Positions 10,114 through 20,319 of a DNA stretch of 64,000 nucleotides are shown here, in pieces. The DNA is from Minisyncoccia bacterium (GTDB taxonomy: Bacteria > Patescibacteriota > Minisyncoccia > Phycocordibacterales > UBA5272), in the NCBI GenBank assembly GCA_038326985.1, contig JBBQKQ010000002.1, positions 2,978-66,977 on the forward strand. Reading direction: 5' to 3'. The position numbers were made by a program, and so were the translations under genes. Numbering within the stretch: the stretch's first letter is position 1; each line of letters starts with the position of its first letter. The notes under the pieces are model-generated. The model was given only the letters and a program-made list of their open reading frames with translations, was not told the DNA's origin and ran no database searches.

Positions 10114-11448
10114 ATGAAAGTAAAAGAGTTAAAAGACTTTTGTAAAAAACAAATTATAAAGGTTTTAGCTTGGGAGTCAAAAAAAATTTTGGATAAGTTT
10201 CAACCTAAGATAATAGGTATTACGGGAAACGTTGGTAAGACAACAACCAAAGATTACATTTACACTGTTTTAAAAACAAAATATGGTGCCAAAGTTTTAG
10301 AATCCAAAAATTCTCAAAACTCAGAGTTCGGAGTATGTCTAACTATTTTAAATAGCAAAAACCCTTGGAACAATCCATTTGCATGGATATATTTAATAAC
10401 TGTTAGATTCTTAAAAGTTTATTTCGGGAAAGTTTATTTTGAGGTTTTAATTTTGGAAATTGGTGCGGACCACAAAGGGGACATTAAACATATTACTAGT
10501 TTTGTAAAACCAGACGTAGTTGTTCTAACTGCTTTTCAAGACAAGCCAAGTCATGGTGAGTTCTTCAAAAATCTTGAAGAACATGTTCGAGAGAAACAAT
10601 ATCTAGTTGATGTTTTAAAAGATGATGGAATTTTGTTATTTAATAATGAAGATAAAATTTTAAAAAATTTAGTAAGATCTGACCACAATTCTTTTTCATA
10701 CGGAAAACGCGCAGGGTCTATTGTAGAAATTTTAGGTGTCCATGATTTTTATGAAAATGACAAAGTTATGGGTGTAAAAGTTATTTTAAAACAAAATCTT
10801 ACAGAAGAACTGGGAATAACCGAAATAATTTTACGGGGAGTTTTAGGAGAAGCTCATGGATACTCCGTTGCTGCATCAGTGCTAATAGGATTTATCGAAC
10901 AAATGGAAAAAAAGGAAATAGAAATGAGCTTTGACGATATGGGTGAAGACTCGCTAGCTAAAAGTAGAATGAGAATTTTACAAGGAATAAACGACTCAAT
11001 AATAATTGATGATTCATATAATGCCTCCCCAGACGCTTACAAAAATGCCTTAAATTCTCTTGCAAATATTGAAACTAAAGCACGAAAAATTGTTGTTCTT
11101 GGACATATGGCTGAACTAGGAGAAAACACTGAAACAGCGCACATTGAAGCTGGAAACTTGGCTGGAAAAGTGGCTGATGCGGTTATTATTTCAGGCAAAC
11201 ACCAAGACTACTTTCTTATGGGCTTAGAACAATCTGGTTTCCCTATGGAAAATTTAAGGTTGGCTAAAAATGCTGATGAAGTTTATAAAATAATTTTTGA
11301 AAATAATTTATTAGAAAGTGGTGACGTTATTTTGGTGAAAGGTTCCCAGTCAGCAAGACTTGAAAGAGTTGTGGTAAAGTTGTTGTCCAATAAAGAAGAT
11401 AGTAAGTTTGTATGCAGACAAAATAAAGAGTGGAAGAAAAGATCTTAA
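10114..11448 (+). CDS. murF: UDP-MurNAc-tripeptide--D-Ala-D-Ala ligase
   Basis: GITGNVGKTTTK, LEIGADH.GDI, IIDDSYNASP, VLGHMAELG, ILVKGSQ; ATG 10114 follows TGgTATAAT. Confidence 0.9.
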   Translation: MKVKELKDFCKKQIIKVLAWESKKILDKFQPKIIGITGNVGKTTTKDYIYTVLKTKYGAKVLESKNSQNSEFGVCLTILNSKNPWNNPFAWIYLITVRFLKVYFGKVYFEVLILEIGADHKGDIKHITSFVKPDVVVLTAFQDKPSHGEFFKNLEEHVREKQYLVDVLKDDGILLFNNEDKILKNLVRSDHNSFSYGKRAGSIVEILGVHDFYENDKVMGVKVILKQNLTEELGITEIILRGVLGEAHGYSVAASVLIGFIEQMEKKEIEMSFDDMGEDSLAKSRMRILQGINDSIIIDDSYNASPDAYKNALNSLANIETKARKIVVLGHMAELGENTETAHIEAGNLAGKVADAVIISGKHQDYFLMGLEQSGFPMENLRLAKNADEVYKIIFENNLLESGDVILVKGSQSARLERVVVKLLSNKEDSKFVCRQNKEWKKRS

Positions 11449-11466
11449 AGTTTTGTAATAAATAAA

Positions 11467-12327
11467 ATGAAAACTTCAAAACTAACATTTATTTACGGTG
11501 GTCCTGGTGAAGAGCACGAAGTTTCTGTAAAATCATTTCAAAATATTTATGAGACTGCAAAGCAGAATACTCAATATGAAATAAATACTATTTTTGTAGA
11601 TAAAAAAGGTAAGTGGGACAACAAGAAAAAGTTTGATAAAAAAGAGATTGTCTGGCCAATTATACATGGCAAATTTGGTGAAGATGGGCAAATCCAAAAA
11701 ATTTTGGAACAACAAAAAATAAAATTTATTGGCAATTCAAAAACTTGTTCCGAGCTAACAATAGATAAAGTGAAAACACAAAAAATATTAGCTAAAAATA
11801 ATATCAAAGTTCCTAGAATTATTTTTTCAAAAGAAAATTTGAAAATCCCTATTATTATAAAACCTAGCAATAATGGTTCTTCGGTTGGGTTATTAAAATA
11901 TTCTCATGAAAATATTTTAATTCAAGAATGTATTTTAGGGAGAGAGTTTATTTGTGGAGTAATAAAAAAAGCTGATAAATTTATAGCGCTCACTCCAACC
12001 GAAATTGTTTTAGAAAAAAACCAAATTTTTGATTATCAAAAAAAGTACAATGATAAAACTGGAACTATAGAAATAACTCCACCAAAAAATTTAGATATAA
12101 AAATTTTAAAAAAAATACAAGATATGGCTTTAAAGGTACATAAAATGACAGGATGTCGAGATTATTCTAGGACAGATATGATTTTGAATAGTAAAAATCA
12201 ACTTGTAGTTTTGGAAATAAACTCGGTACCAGGTCTTACAAAAGCCAGTCTTGTACCTCAGCAGCTTTCAGCGAGCGGTTATACATTAAAAGAGTTTATT
12301 GATATAATGGTTAAAAATAATTCATGA
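11467..12327 (+). CDS. ddl: D-alanine--D-alanine ligase
   Basis: GGPGEEHEVS, IHGKFGEDG, KPSNNGSSVG, LEINSVPGLT. Confidence 0.92.
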   Translation: MKTSKLTFIYGGPGEEHEVSVKSFQNIYETAKQNTQYEINTIFVDKKGKWDNKKKFDKKEIVWPIIHGKFGEDGQIQKILEQQKIKFIGNSKTCSELTIDKVKTQKILAKNNIKVPRIIFSKENLKIPIIIKPSNNGSSVGLLKYSHENILIQECILGREFICGVIKKADKFIALTPTEIVLEKNQIFDYQKKYNDKTGTIEITPPKNLDIKILKKIQDMALKVHKMTGCRDYSRTDMILNSKNQLVVLEINSVPGLTKASLVPQQLSASGYTLKEFIDIMVKNNS

Positions 12328-13610
12328 AAAAAGTATATTTCATTGGAATAGGTGGTATTGGTATATCTGCTCTTGCAAGATATTATTTATCAGAAGGTTG
12401 GCAGGTATTTGGAAGTGATGATAATGATAGTGAACTTATTCAAAATTTAATCAGAGAAGGTATTAAAATAAATATTGGAAGAAATGAGCAAAATATAAAT
12501 AAAGATTTTTCTAGAATAATTCATACAATTGCAGTAACAGAAGAAAATATTGAGCTACAGAAGGCGAGAGCTTTAGAAAGGGATAGTGGTCTAGAAGTCC
12601 TTACTTACCCAAAAGCACTTGGTGAAATGACGAAAGAAAGAAAAGTTATTGCAATTTGTGGAACACATGGAAAAACTACAACAACTGCTATGACATATTT
12701 TGCTTTAAAAAATGCTGGGATTGATGTTTCTATGATTGTGGGCTCACTGATAGAAGACCCTAAAAATGAAAACTTAAAAACAAATTGCGTTCACGGTAAA
12801 AGTGAATGGCTAATTATTGAAGCTTGTGAGTACAGAAGAAGTTTTTTAAATTACACCCCTGATATAATTTTAGTAACAAATATAGACAATGACCACTTGG
12901 ATTACTTTAAAGACCAAAAAGATATAAATAATGCCTTTCAAGAATTTGTAGATAAGATTAAAAAAGGTGGAACTTTGGTTTTACATAAAAAAGATGAAGA
13001 GAAATTAAATTTTGATAGTAAATATATAGCAGAAGATTTTTCAAATGAAGATGAAATTGACTTACAAGTTCCAGGTATACACAATAGGAAAAATGCGCAG
13101 TTAGTCATTGCACTAGGCACAGTTTTAAAGTTAGATAAAAATAAAATTTTAGAAGGATTGAAAAATTTTAAAGGAACCTGGAGAAGACAAGAATATAAGG
13201 GAAATTTTTATGGCATAGATTTTTATGATGATTATGCTCATCATCCTACAGAGTTAAAAGCAACTTTGCAGGCTTTCCGGGAAAAGTTTCCCCTAAAGAA
13301 TATTGTTGGACTTTTCCAACCTCATCTATATTCTCGAACAAAAATACTTTTTAATGATTTTGCAGATTCATTTACTGATAGTGACAAAGTATTTATTTTG
13401 CCTATTTATGCTGCAAGAGAAAAATTTGATGGGACAATAAATAGTGAGATGTTAGTAAAAAAAATTGGAGATAAAGCAGATAACACAAATAATATAGAAG
13501 AGTTTGTTGAAAAAATTAAAAACAAACAAGTTAATATACTAAAAAATGCTGATGTTATAATAACTATGGGAGCAGGAGATATAAAAGATATATATAAATA
13601 TTTAAAATAA
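12324..13610 (+). CDS. murC: UDP-N-acetylmuramate--L-alanine ligase
   Basis: FIGIGGIGISALA, GTHGKTTT, IEACEY, DDYAHHPTE, FQPHLYSRT, MGAGDI. Confidence 0.95.
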   Translation: MKKVYFIGIGGIGISALARYYLSEGWQVFGSDDNDSELIQNLIREGIKINIGRNEQNINKDFSRIIHTIAVTEENIELQKARALERDSGLEVLTYPKALGEMTKERKVIAICGTHGKTTTTAMTYFALKNAGIDVSMIVGSLIEDPKNENLKTNCVHGKSEWLIIEACEYRRSFLNYTPDIILVTNIDNDHLDYFKDQKDINNAFQEFVDKIKKGGTLVLHKKDEEKLNFDSKYIAEDFSNEDEIDLQVPGIHNRKNAQLVIALGTVLKLDKNKILEGLKNFKGTWRRQEYKGNFYGIDFYDDYAHHPTELKATLQAFREKFPLKNIVGLFQPHLYSRTKILFNDFADSFTDSDKVFILPIYAAREKFDGTINSEMLVKKIGDKADNTNNIEEFVEKIKNKQVNILKNADVIITMGAGDIKDIYKYLK

Positions 13611-13613
13611 TTT

Positions 13614-14975
13614 ATGAAAAAAATTAAAACTAAATTTTTTGAAAATAAAAAAGTGTTACTAGTAGGATTAGGAATTTTAGGTGGAGGAACTTCAATGGCA
13701 AAGTTTATAATTGACGAAGGAGGAGAACTTACAATCACAGACCTTAGAAATGAAGAACTACTTAAAAAAGAAATTGACATAGTTTATAAATATGCAGAAA
13801 GGAAAAGTACCAAAGTAAAATTTGTTTTAGAAAAACATGAGCAGGTTATTTTTGATGATTCAAACGTAGTAGTATTTAACCCTGCAGTTCCATATTTCTC
13901 AAAATGGCCACAATATTGTATAGAAATAAAAAAAGAACATTACAATGATTTTACTTTATTTCAGGAATATCTAAATTGGCGAAATTGCACCTCAAAACAA
14001 ATATGGATTACTGGAACCCGAGGTAAAACAACTACTACGGACTGTATTTGGCAGCTCATGGGAAAAGACGCTGTCATTGGGGGTAATGTATTGGGTAATG
14101 GATTACAGAAAATATGTACACAGAACCCCAAATTTTTCGTACTGGAAACAAGTAATTTTCAACTTGAGTATCCAGTTTTAAATCAACAAATAATACAACC
14201 TGAAATTGCTGTATTAACCAATATATTTACTGACCATATAAATAGGCATAAAACACAAGAAGAATATGCAAGAGTCAAAAACCTTATTTATTCCTATAAC
14301 AAAAATTGTATATTATTTTTAAATAAAAAAGAAGGAAGTATAGAAAATATTTGGAAAAATAATTTACATGAGAATATAAAATTTATTTCTGAATATGAAA
14401 ATAATAAACTAAAAAATATTAAAGAGTTTTCACAAAATCAAATGCTTGCACTGTCTTTTGCAGTCTCAATCGCAAATCATATTGGAGTAAATGAAAAAGA
14501 TTTAAATAATAGAATTAAAACTCTCAAGTTACCCAAAATGCGACAAGAAATCATTTTTCAAAATAAAAATTTTAAAATAATAAATGACAGTGCTGCGACT
14601 AGCCCAGACGCACTTATTTCTTGTATCAATAGTTTTCCCGACGCGATATTTATCAGTGGCGGCACTAATGCGGAGCTTAACTTTGAAGAATTGGCAAAAA
14701 CAATTCTTGATAAAAACTTAGTTGTAAAAAAACAAATATTTTTCTTAAAGGGTACTGCTACAGTGGAGATTTTAAAAATTTCGAATATTGATGATAAAAA
14801 CAATCTAGTTTTTGACAATTTTGAAAAGATTTTTGAAAAAATAATTACCCTAAAATCAAAAAAGCAAATCACAATAATACTTTCTCCTGGGGCTAAAAGC
14901 TTTGGATTATTTAAAAATGAGTACGACAGAGGGGAAAAATTTAACAAAGCAGTAAAGAAAGCTTTTAAAGTATAA
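13614..14975 (+). CDS. murD: UDP-MurNAc-L-Ala--D-glutamate ligase
   Basis: LVGLGILGGG, ITGTRGKTTT, LETSNFQL, NDSAATSP, LSPGAKSFGLFKNEYDRG. Confidence 0.9.
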   Translation: MKKIKTKFFENKKVLLVGLGILGGGTSMAKFIIDEGGELTITDLRNEELLKKEIDIVYKYAERKSTKVKFVLEKHEQVIFDDSNVVVFNPAVPYFSKWPQYCIEIKKEHYNDFTLFQEYLNWRNCTSKQIWITGTRGKTTTTDCIWQLMGKDAVIGGNVLGNGLQKICTQNPKFFVLETSNFQLEYPVLNQQIIQPEIAVLTNIFTDHINRHKTQEEYARVKNLIYSYNKNCILFLNKKEGSIENIWKNNLHENIKFISEYENNKLKNIKEFSQNQMLALSFAVSIANHIGVNEKDLNNRIKTLKLPKMRQEIIFQNKNFKIINDSAATSPDALISCINSFPDAIFISGGTNAELNFEELAKTILDKNLVVKKQIFFLKGTATVEILKISNIDDKNNLVFDNFEKIFEKIITLKSKKQITIILSPGAKSFGLFKNEYDRGEKFNKAVKKAFKV

Positions 14976-15045
14976 AGTTTTATCAAAAAAGTTATCCCCA
15001 AGTTATAAACATTTAGGGAGATTTTTTAGTTGCAAAGTTTCACGA

Positions 15046-15080
15046 GTGGGTTAAACTGGGAAAAGGTGGGGGAAAGTGGA
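15046..15080 (+). promoter_or_regulatory. MraZ-binding direct repeats
   Basis: GTGGG/CTGGG/GTGGG/GTGGA at an exact 10-bp period (15046, 15056, 15066, 15076) upstream of mraZ, like known MraZ operators. Confidence 0.75.
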
Positions 15081-15179
15081 TAAAGAATCTTGGAACTGTA
15101 AACGACGGTTTCTCAAAAATATACGCATACATATTTTAATAAACAATTCCTAAAATACTGTTCCAAGATTCTTTATCCA
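15077..15179. repeat. 20-bp perfect inverted repeat in the mraZ leader
   Basis: TGGATAAAGAATCTTGGAAC (15077-15096) / GTTCCAAGATTCTTTATCCA (15160-15179). Confidence 0.9.
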
Positions 15180-15198
15180 AGCCTTCACTACAAATAAA

Positions 15199-15633
15199 AT
15201 GTTAATTGGTCAATACACACATATATTAGACGATAAAAAGCGACTTGCTTTGCCAAATAAATTTAAAAGTTTACTTGGTAAAAAAGTTGTCCTTACTCGT
15301 GGTCTTGATACGTGTGTATTTGTTTACACAACAAAAGAATGGGATAAAATTGCAGAAAAACTCAGCTCTGGTTCCTTGGGCTCCAAAGATTCAAGAGACC
15401 TTAACAGGTTTTTTCTTTCAGGTGCTACAGAAGTAGAAGTAGATTCTGCGGGTAGAATTCTAATTCCTGAATACTTAAAAGAATTTGCGAAACTAACTGA
15501 AAAGGTTATTTTTGCTGGACTTTATAGTAGATGTGAAATTTGGAATGAAACTGAGTGGGAAAAAAAACAAGCAGACGTTTCTAACCGTGTAGATGATGTC
15601 GCAGCCAAACTCCAAGAAATAGGGATGATTTAA
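15199..15633 (+). CDS. mraZ: Transcriptional regulator MraZ
   Basis: MLIGQYTHILDDKKRLALP, TRGLD.C, VDSAGRILIP, EIW. Confidence 0.95.
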   Translation: MLIGQYTHILDDKKRLALPNKFKSLLGKKVVLTRGLDTCVFVYTTKEWDKIAEKLSSGSLGSKDSRDLNRFFLSGATEVEVDSAGRILIPEYLKEFAKLTEKVIFAGLYSRCEIWNETEWEKKQADVSNRVDDVAAKLQEIGMI

Positions 15634-15652
15634 TAAATTATTGAATAATTTT

Positions 15653-16525
15653 ATGCACTACTCAGTAATGAAAGAAGAATCGCTTAAATCACTTCAATTG
15701 GTACCTGGTCTTACTGTTGTTGACTGTACTGTAAATAGAGCAGGTCACGCGCTAGAAATAGCTAAACAAATTGGTGAAAGTGGAACCCTAATTATCTTTG
15801 ATCTTGATTTGCAAGCTTTAAACTTTTCAAAAGAAATTTTAGAAAATTTGCAAACTTGTCCAAAAATAATCGCAATTCATTCTAACTATAGAAATATAAA
15901 TACGGAATTACAAAAAGTTGAAATTGTGAAAGTTGACAGAATCTTTGCGGATCTAGGTTTGTCATCACAAGAAATTGACGAGTCAGGAAGGGGATTTACA
16001 TTTCAAAAGGATGAACCCATTCATATGACTTTTCAGTCAGAAATAGATGATAAAACTTTTACTGCCAAAGATTTGTTGAATAACCTAGATGCAAAAAGTC
16101 TTCAAAATATATTTGAAAATTATGGTGATGAAAAAAAAGCTTATAAAATCGCAAATGCAATTGTAAAATATAGGGCAGAAACTGGTGAAATAACCACAAC
16201 TACCGAATTAGTAAAAATAATTGAATCGGTAGTTAAGAGAAGTGGAAAATCGCACCCCGCAACTAAAATATTTCAAGCGATACGAATTGCAGTAAATGAT
16301 GAATATGATGGTATAAAAGAACTAATAAATGACGGGCATGAAATTTTAAACACTGGAGGAGTTATGTCAATAATTACTTTTCACTCTGGTGAAGATAGAA
16401 TTGTGAAAAATTTATTTAATGATTTAAATAAAAAGAACAACTTTAAAACAAAACCAAGTCAAAGTGAAATAAAAGAAAATAAAAGAAGTAGGAGTGCCAT
16501 GCTTAGAACAATAATTAAAATATGA
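15653..16525 (+). CDS. rsmH: 16S rRNA m4C1402 methyltransferase
   Basis: HYSVM, VDCT..RAGH, ADLGLSS, RGFTF, HPATKIFQAIRIAVNDE, TFHSGEDRIVK, RSRSAMLR. Confidence 0.95.
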   Translation: MHYSVMKEESLKSLQLVPGLTVVDCTVNRAGHALEIAKQIGESGTLIIFDLDLQALNFSKEILENLQTCPKIIAIHSNYRNINTELQKVEIVKVDRIFADLGLSSQEIDESGRGFTFQKDEPIHMTFQSEIDDKTFTAKDLLNNLDAKSLQNIFENYGDEKKAYKIANAIVKYRAETGEITTTTELVKIIESVVKRSGKSHPATKIFQAIRIAVNDEYDGIKELINDGHEILNTGGVMSIITFHSGEDRIVKNLFNDLNKKNNFKTKPSQSEIKENKRSRSAMLRTIIKI

Positions 16526-16893
16526 AAGATATTAAAGTAAACAGAATTCCAAAAGTACCCGCTAAGATCCAGCCAAAAATAGAAAATTTATATTATAGAG
16601 AGAATAAAATAGAAGATAAAAATAAAAGTGAGAAAAATTTTCTCTCTAGTTTGTCTTATATTTTATTTGCTTTTATGACTGTGAGTGTTTTTACATATAT
16701 ATTTTTCGTTACTTCTACTTTTTACTATGCAATAAAAGAAAGACAAGTTTTAACATCAAAAAATAATATTAATCAAAATGAATTAGCAAATATTTTTGAG
16801 GAAAATAAAAAGTTTTTAGTAATTGAAAAAAGTAAAAATAGTAAAATTTCTTATATAAATGTAAATCAAGATATTTCCATTTCTTTGAAATAG
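16522..16893 (+). CDS. Single-TM protein at the ftsL position
   Basis: One TM followed by a short polar tail; lies between rsmH and the PBP gene. Confidence 0.5.
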   Translation: MKDIKVNRIPKVPAKIQPKIENLYYRENKIEDKNKSEKNFLSSLSYILFAFMTVSVFTYIFFVTSTFYYAIKERQVLTSKNNINQNELANIFEENKKFLVIEKSKNSKISYINVNQDISISLK

Positions 16894-16898
16894 AGTGC

Positions 16899-18641
16899 AT
16901 GAAAGAGATACGAATTAATGAAGGTCAGATAAAAATTCTTGGATTGGTTTCTGTAGTGGGAATTGCTTTTCTTTATTTAATTTTCTGCCTTTACAAAACC
17001 CAAATTACTAATCATTCTAAGTATTTGGAGAGTAGAAATGAGCAAAATCAGCTAATTGTTAATAATAGTAAAAGAGGGACTATTTATGGGACAAGAAAAG
17101 ATGGCGAATTATTACCACTTGCTGTGGATGAGCAAATTTATAAACTTGTAATTTCTCCTAAAAATATTCCTAAAAAAATTGAAGATTTTTATTTTGAAAA
17201 ATTGAGTCAAATATTGCCAGATTTAAAAAAAAATGATTTTTATGAAAAGGTAAGTAAAAAGAAAATTGTTTATGTGGAATTGGGAATTATTGATAAAAAA
17301 TTAGTTACAAAAATTGATGATCTAGCTCTTGAAGGTGTTTTTGTTGTAAAAGATTTTAAAAGAACTTACCCCATGAAGGACGTCGGAGCGCGATTTCTCG
17401 GTTTCGTTGGAGATGGGGAAGGTGGGATGATGGGTAGGTATGGTTTAGAAAAACAATATAATTCTCTTTTAACAGGAAATAATAGCACTTCAGTATCTTT
17501 TTTTCAAAAACTTTTACAGGATATTAATCTGGGAAGTGTCTCGAAGGATACTAATAAAAATGGAGATAATGATGGGAGTATAATAACAAGTATTGAGCCA
17601 AATGTACAAAACTTTTTACACAATCATTTATTGGATATGAAAGAACAGTGGGGTGCAGATTCGGTATCGGCTATTATTATTAAACCCTCATCAGGAGATA
17701 TTACAGCTATGGATACAGTACCAAGTTTTGACCCTAACAATTATAAAGATTTCGACATTTCACTTTTTAATAATCCTAATATTCAAGGAGTTTACGAACT
17801 TGGGTCGATTATGAAACCAATAACCATGAGTGGAGGTATACAAAATCGACTAGTTACTCCAGAGTCAACTTACCATGATTATGGATTTGTAAAGGTAAAT
17901 AATTTTACTATTTGGAATTTTGATCATAAAATTAGAGGAGAGCAAACGATGCAAGATGTCATAAATAATTCATTAAATACTGGTGCAGTTTATGTGGAAA
18001 ATTTACTAGGAAAAGAAAGATTTAAAAATAATTTTAACAATTTTGGTTTCGAAACTGTAACTGGAGTGGATTTCCCTGGTGAGAGTTACAATATTACCGA
18101 TAACCTGGAAAAAGGTAAAACTTCTGATGTTGACTATGCCACGGCAGCTTTTGGTCAAGGAGTGGCGATTACACCAATTTCCATGTTGCGTGCGCTTTCA
18201 ACCCTTGTAAATGCGGGAGTATTGGTGCAGCCAAAGTTTATAAAAAGTATTTTACACACAGATGGAAATATTGAATACGTAAATCCAAATTCTGAGAAAA
18301 AAGAAAATGTAGTTAGTTCGACCACTGCCAAAACTGTGGAAAATATGCTAGTAAATTTAATTGATGTTGGTTTGGCACATGGAAGGTTTAAAGACAAGTA
18401 TTATAAAGTGGGTGCAAAAACAGGGACTGCTCAGATTCCAAAAAAAGGAGGAGGTTACGAAACGGATAGGTTTATCCACTCATATTTTACTTTTTTAGGA
18501 GAAGGGGAAAATAGATACGCAGTATTGATATTTCAAGTAAACCCAAAGAGGGGAGCTCTTGCTTCGCTTACTTTAGCACCTCCAGCTACAAAGCTAAAAG
18601 ATTTTTTGATTTCTTATTACAATATCCCACCAGACAGATAG
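16899..18641 (+). CDS. Class B penicillin-binding protein (FtsI/PBP2-like)
   Basis: RGTIY, RTYP, G.YGLEKQYN, YELGSIMK (SxxK), SLN, KTGTAQ. Confidence 0.92.
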   Translation: MKEIRINEGQIKILGLVSVVGIAFLYLIFCLYKTQITNHSKYLESRNEQNQLIVNNSKRGTIYGTRKDGELLPLAVDEQIYKLVISPKNIPKKIEDFYFEKLSQILPDLKKNDFYEKVSKKKIVYVELGIIDKKLVTKIDDLALEGVFVVKDFKRTYPMKDVGARFLGFVGDGEGGMMGRYGLEKQYNSLLTGNNSTSVSFFQKLLQDINLGSVSKDTNKNGDNDGSIITSIEPNVQNFLHNHLLDMKEQWGADSVSAIIIKPSSGDITAMDTVPSFDPNNYKDFDISLFNNPNIQGVYELGSIMKPITMSGGIQNRLVTPESTYHDYGFVKVNNFTIWNFDHKIRGEQTMQDVINNSLNTGAVYVENLLGKERFKNNFNNFGFETVTGVDFPGESYNITDNLEKGKTSDVDYATAAFGQGVAITPISMLRALSTLVNAGVLVQPKFIKSILHTDGNIEYVNPNSEKKENVVSSTTAKTVENMLVNLIDVGLAHGRFKDKYYKVGAKTGTAQIPKKGGGYETDRFIHSYFTFLGEGENRYAVLIFQVNPKRGALASLTLAPPATKLKDFLISYYNIPPDR

Positions 18642-18658
18642 TATGGTAAAATATCATT

Positions 18659-19192
18659 ATGAAACTTTTACTCAAAAAATTAACTTTTAAAAATTTTGCA
18701 GTTTCAATTTTAGTATTTCTAATATACTTCAAAATATTTTTTATTCTTACAAACTATCAACAATTTATAGAGCTCTATAAATATTCTAATTCTTTTTTAA
18801 ATTTCTTTTCAAACTCATTAAGTTATTTTTTTATCTTTTGGTCATCTCTAAATTTTTTAACATACACTTTTAGTATTATCTTTTTTGCTTTTGTATTTCT
18901 ATTTATTCTAACATTTACAATTGCAAAAGCGGGCATGAAAAATATATTTAAAAAAGTTCATAAATATAATATAGTTGGTAGTGTGCTTTCTTTTTTTGGT
19001 TTTGGTTGTGTTGCTTGTGGACAGACACTACTTTACCCCATACTTCTTTTCTTGTTTACCAATGTTTCCGGAGCACTTGTAGAGTATGTGGGTAATTTTG
19101 CAATGTTTTTAGGAATTATATTTTTGTATTTTGGAATAAAACAAAATCTTGAATTAATCAAAATCGAAGATAAAAAAATATGTATTATTTAA
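18659..19192 (+). CDS. Hypothetical multi-pass membrane protein with GCVACG motif
   Basis: 4 hydrophobic segments; intramembrane CxxC. Confidence 0.6.
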   Translation: MKLLLKKLTFKNFAVSILVFLIYFKIFFILTNYQQFIELYKYSNSFLNFFSNSLSYFFIFWSSLNFLTYTFSIIFFAFVFLFILTFTIAKAGMKNIFKKVHKYNIVGSVLSFFGFGCVACGQTLLYPILLFLFTNVSGALVEYVGNFAMFLGIIFLYFGIKQNLELIKIEDKKICII

Positions 19193-19833
19193 ATAATCCA
19201 AAAAAATTAATTGCCTACAGTATTATTTTTATAATTGGATATTTTTTAGGAGACAAAACAATTCAAAACTTTTCTTTAGACAACTTAAAAATCACCCTTA
19301 GTCCCTCTAATCAGACCCCTTCTAGCCTCCCCTTGGATAAGGGGAGGGACCTCATTGCAACTAGTACAAAATATATTGTAAATTATGTTGTAGATGGTGA
19401 CACTATTCATGTAAAAAATGAAAATGGCGTTGAGACTAAAGTAAGACTTTTAGCAGTAAATACTCTTGAGCTTCATGCAACGAGCTCAAGAGAAAAATGC
19501 TTAGCAGAACAAGAAAAACAGTTCACTAAACAAAACCTTCTAGGAAAAGAGGTTGTTTTAACAGCTGATCCCACTCAACCAAAACTTGATAAATATGGTC
19601 GAAGTTTGTTTTATATTAGCCTCACCCCACCTCGAAACGATGGCAAGGGTACACTTGAAGCGAAGCAAGAGGGAGAAGAGCAAACCTTTAATGAATTATT
19701 GATGAAAACTGGAAATGCGAAAATTTATAAGTCTTCACCACCTGCACAAATGTATACAAAATATTTAGATTTACAAAATCAAGCAATTCAAAGTCGTGTT
19801 GGTATTTGGGACCCGACAAATTGCAAATTATAA
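19180..19833 (+). CDS. Thermonuclease (SNase) family protein, membrane-anchored
   Basis: VVDGDTI, VRLLAVNTLE, DKYGRSLFY, FNELL...G.A, GIW. Confidence 0.88.
   Translation: MYYLNNPKKLIAYSIIFIIGYFLGDKTIQNFSLDNLKITLSPSNQTPSSLPLDKGRDLIATSTKYIVNYVVDGDTIHVKNENGVETKVRLLAVNTLELHATSSREKCLAEQEKQFTKQNLLGKEVVLTADPTQPKLDKYGRSLFYISLTPPRNDGKGTLEAKQEGEEQTFNELLMKTGNAKIYKSSPPAQMYTKYLDLQNQAIQSRVGIWDPTNCKL
19316..19347 (+). repeat. Triplex-motif repeat, in frame in the thermonuclease gene
   Basis: CCCCTTC-TAG-CCTCCCC-TTGGATAA-GGGGAGG; encodes TPSSLPLDKGR. Confidence 0.9.
19618..19680 (+). repeat. Split/degenerate repeat insertion in the thermonuclease domain
   Basis: Starts AGCCTCACCCC (as in leuS copy 2), ends GAGGGAGAAGAG; encodes SLTPPRNDGKGTLEAKQEGEE. 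Confidence 0.5.
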
Positions 19834-19854
19834 ATTAAAGAACATACTTTCAAT

Positions 19855-20265
19855 ATGAAAAAAATAATAAAATATTTTATATCATTTATATCAATTCTAT
19901 TGATTGTGCTGGCTGTAAGAATACACTATTTTGACTCAAGCCCGAGAAATTTAATCACTTTTTCTGGCTCAGGATTTGAACCAGGTTTTTATTTTAGTAT
20001 ATCTACTGAAGACGCAAAAACTGCGGCATTTTCTATGACTACTCAAGAGGGAAATAAATATGTAGGATCATTAAATGTAAAAAAGTTTGAGGATCAAGAA
20101 AAAAATTTTTCAGGGAATGTAAACGATATTGAAAATAATAAAGTTAGTGTAGAAATAAATATTATTAAAAAAGATTGTGGGGAACCCAGTGGAAAATTTG
20201 CCCCTTACACTATAACCCTAAAAATAGGGAAAATACTTTGGAGTGGATGTGCTACACAAAAATAG
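19855..20265 (+). CDS. Hypothetical exported/membrane protein
   Basis: N-terminal TM, G.EPG motif, paired Cys near C-terminus (KKDC...SGCA). Confidence 0.6.
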   Translation: MKKIIKYFISFISILLIVLAVRIHYFDSSPRNLITFSGSGFEPGFYFSISTEDAKTAAFSMTTQEGNKYVGSLNVKKFEDQEKNFSGNVNDIENNKVSVEINIIKKDCGEPSGKFAPYTITLKIGKILWSGCATQK

Positions 20266-20319
20266 AAATCTATATTTTTAGAATTTTTAAAACCGTGATA
20301 TAATCATCATCACCAATAT

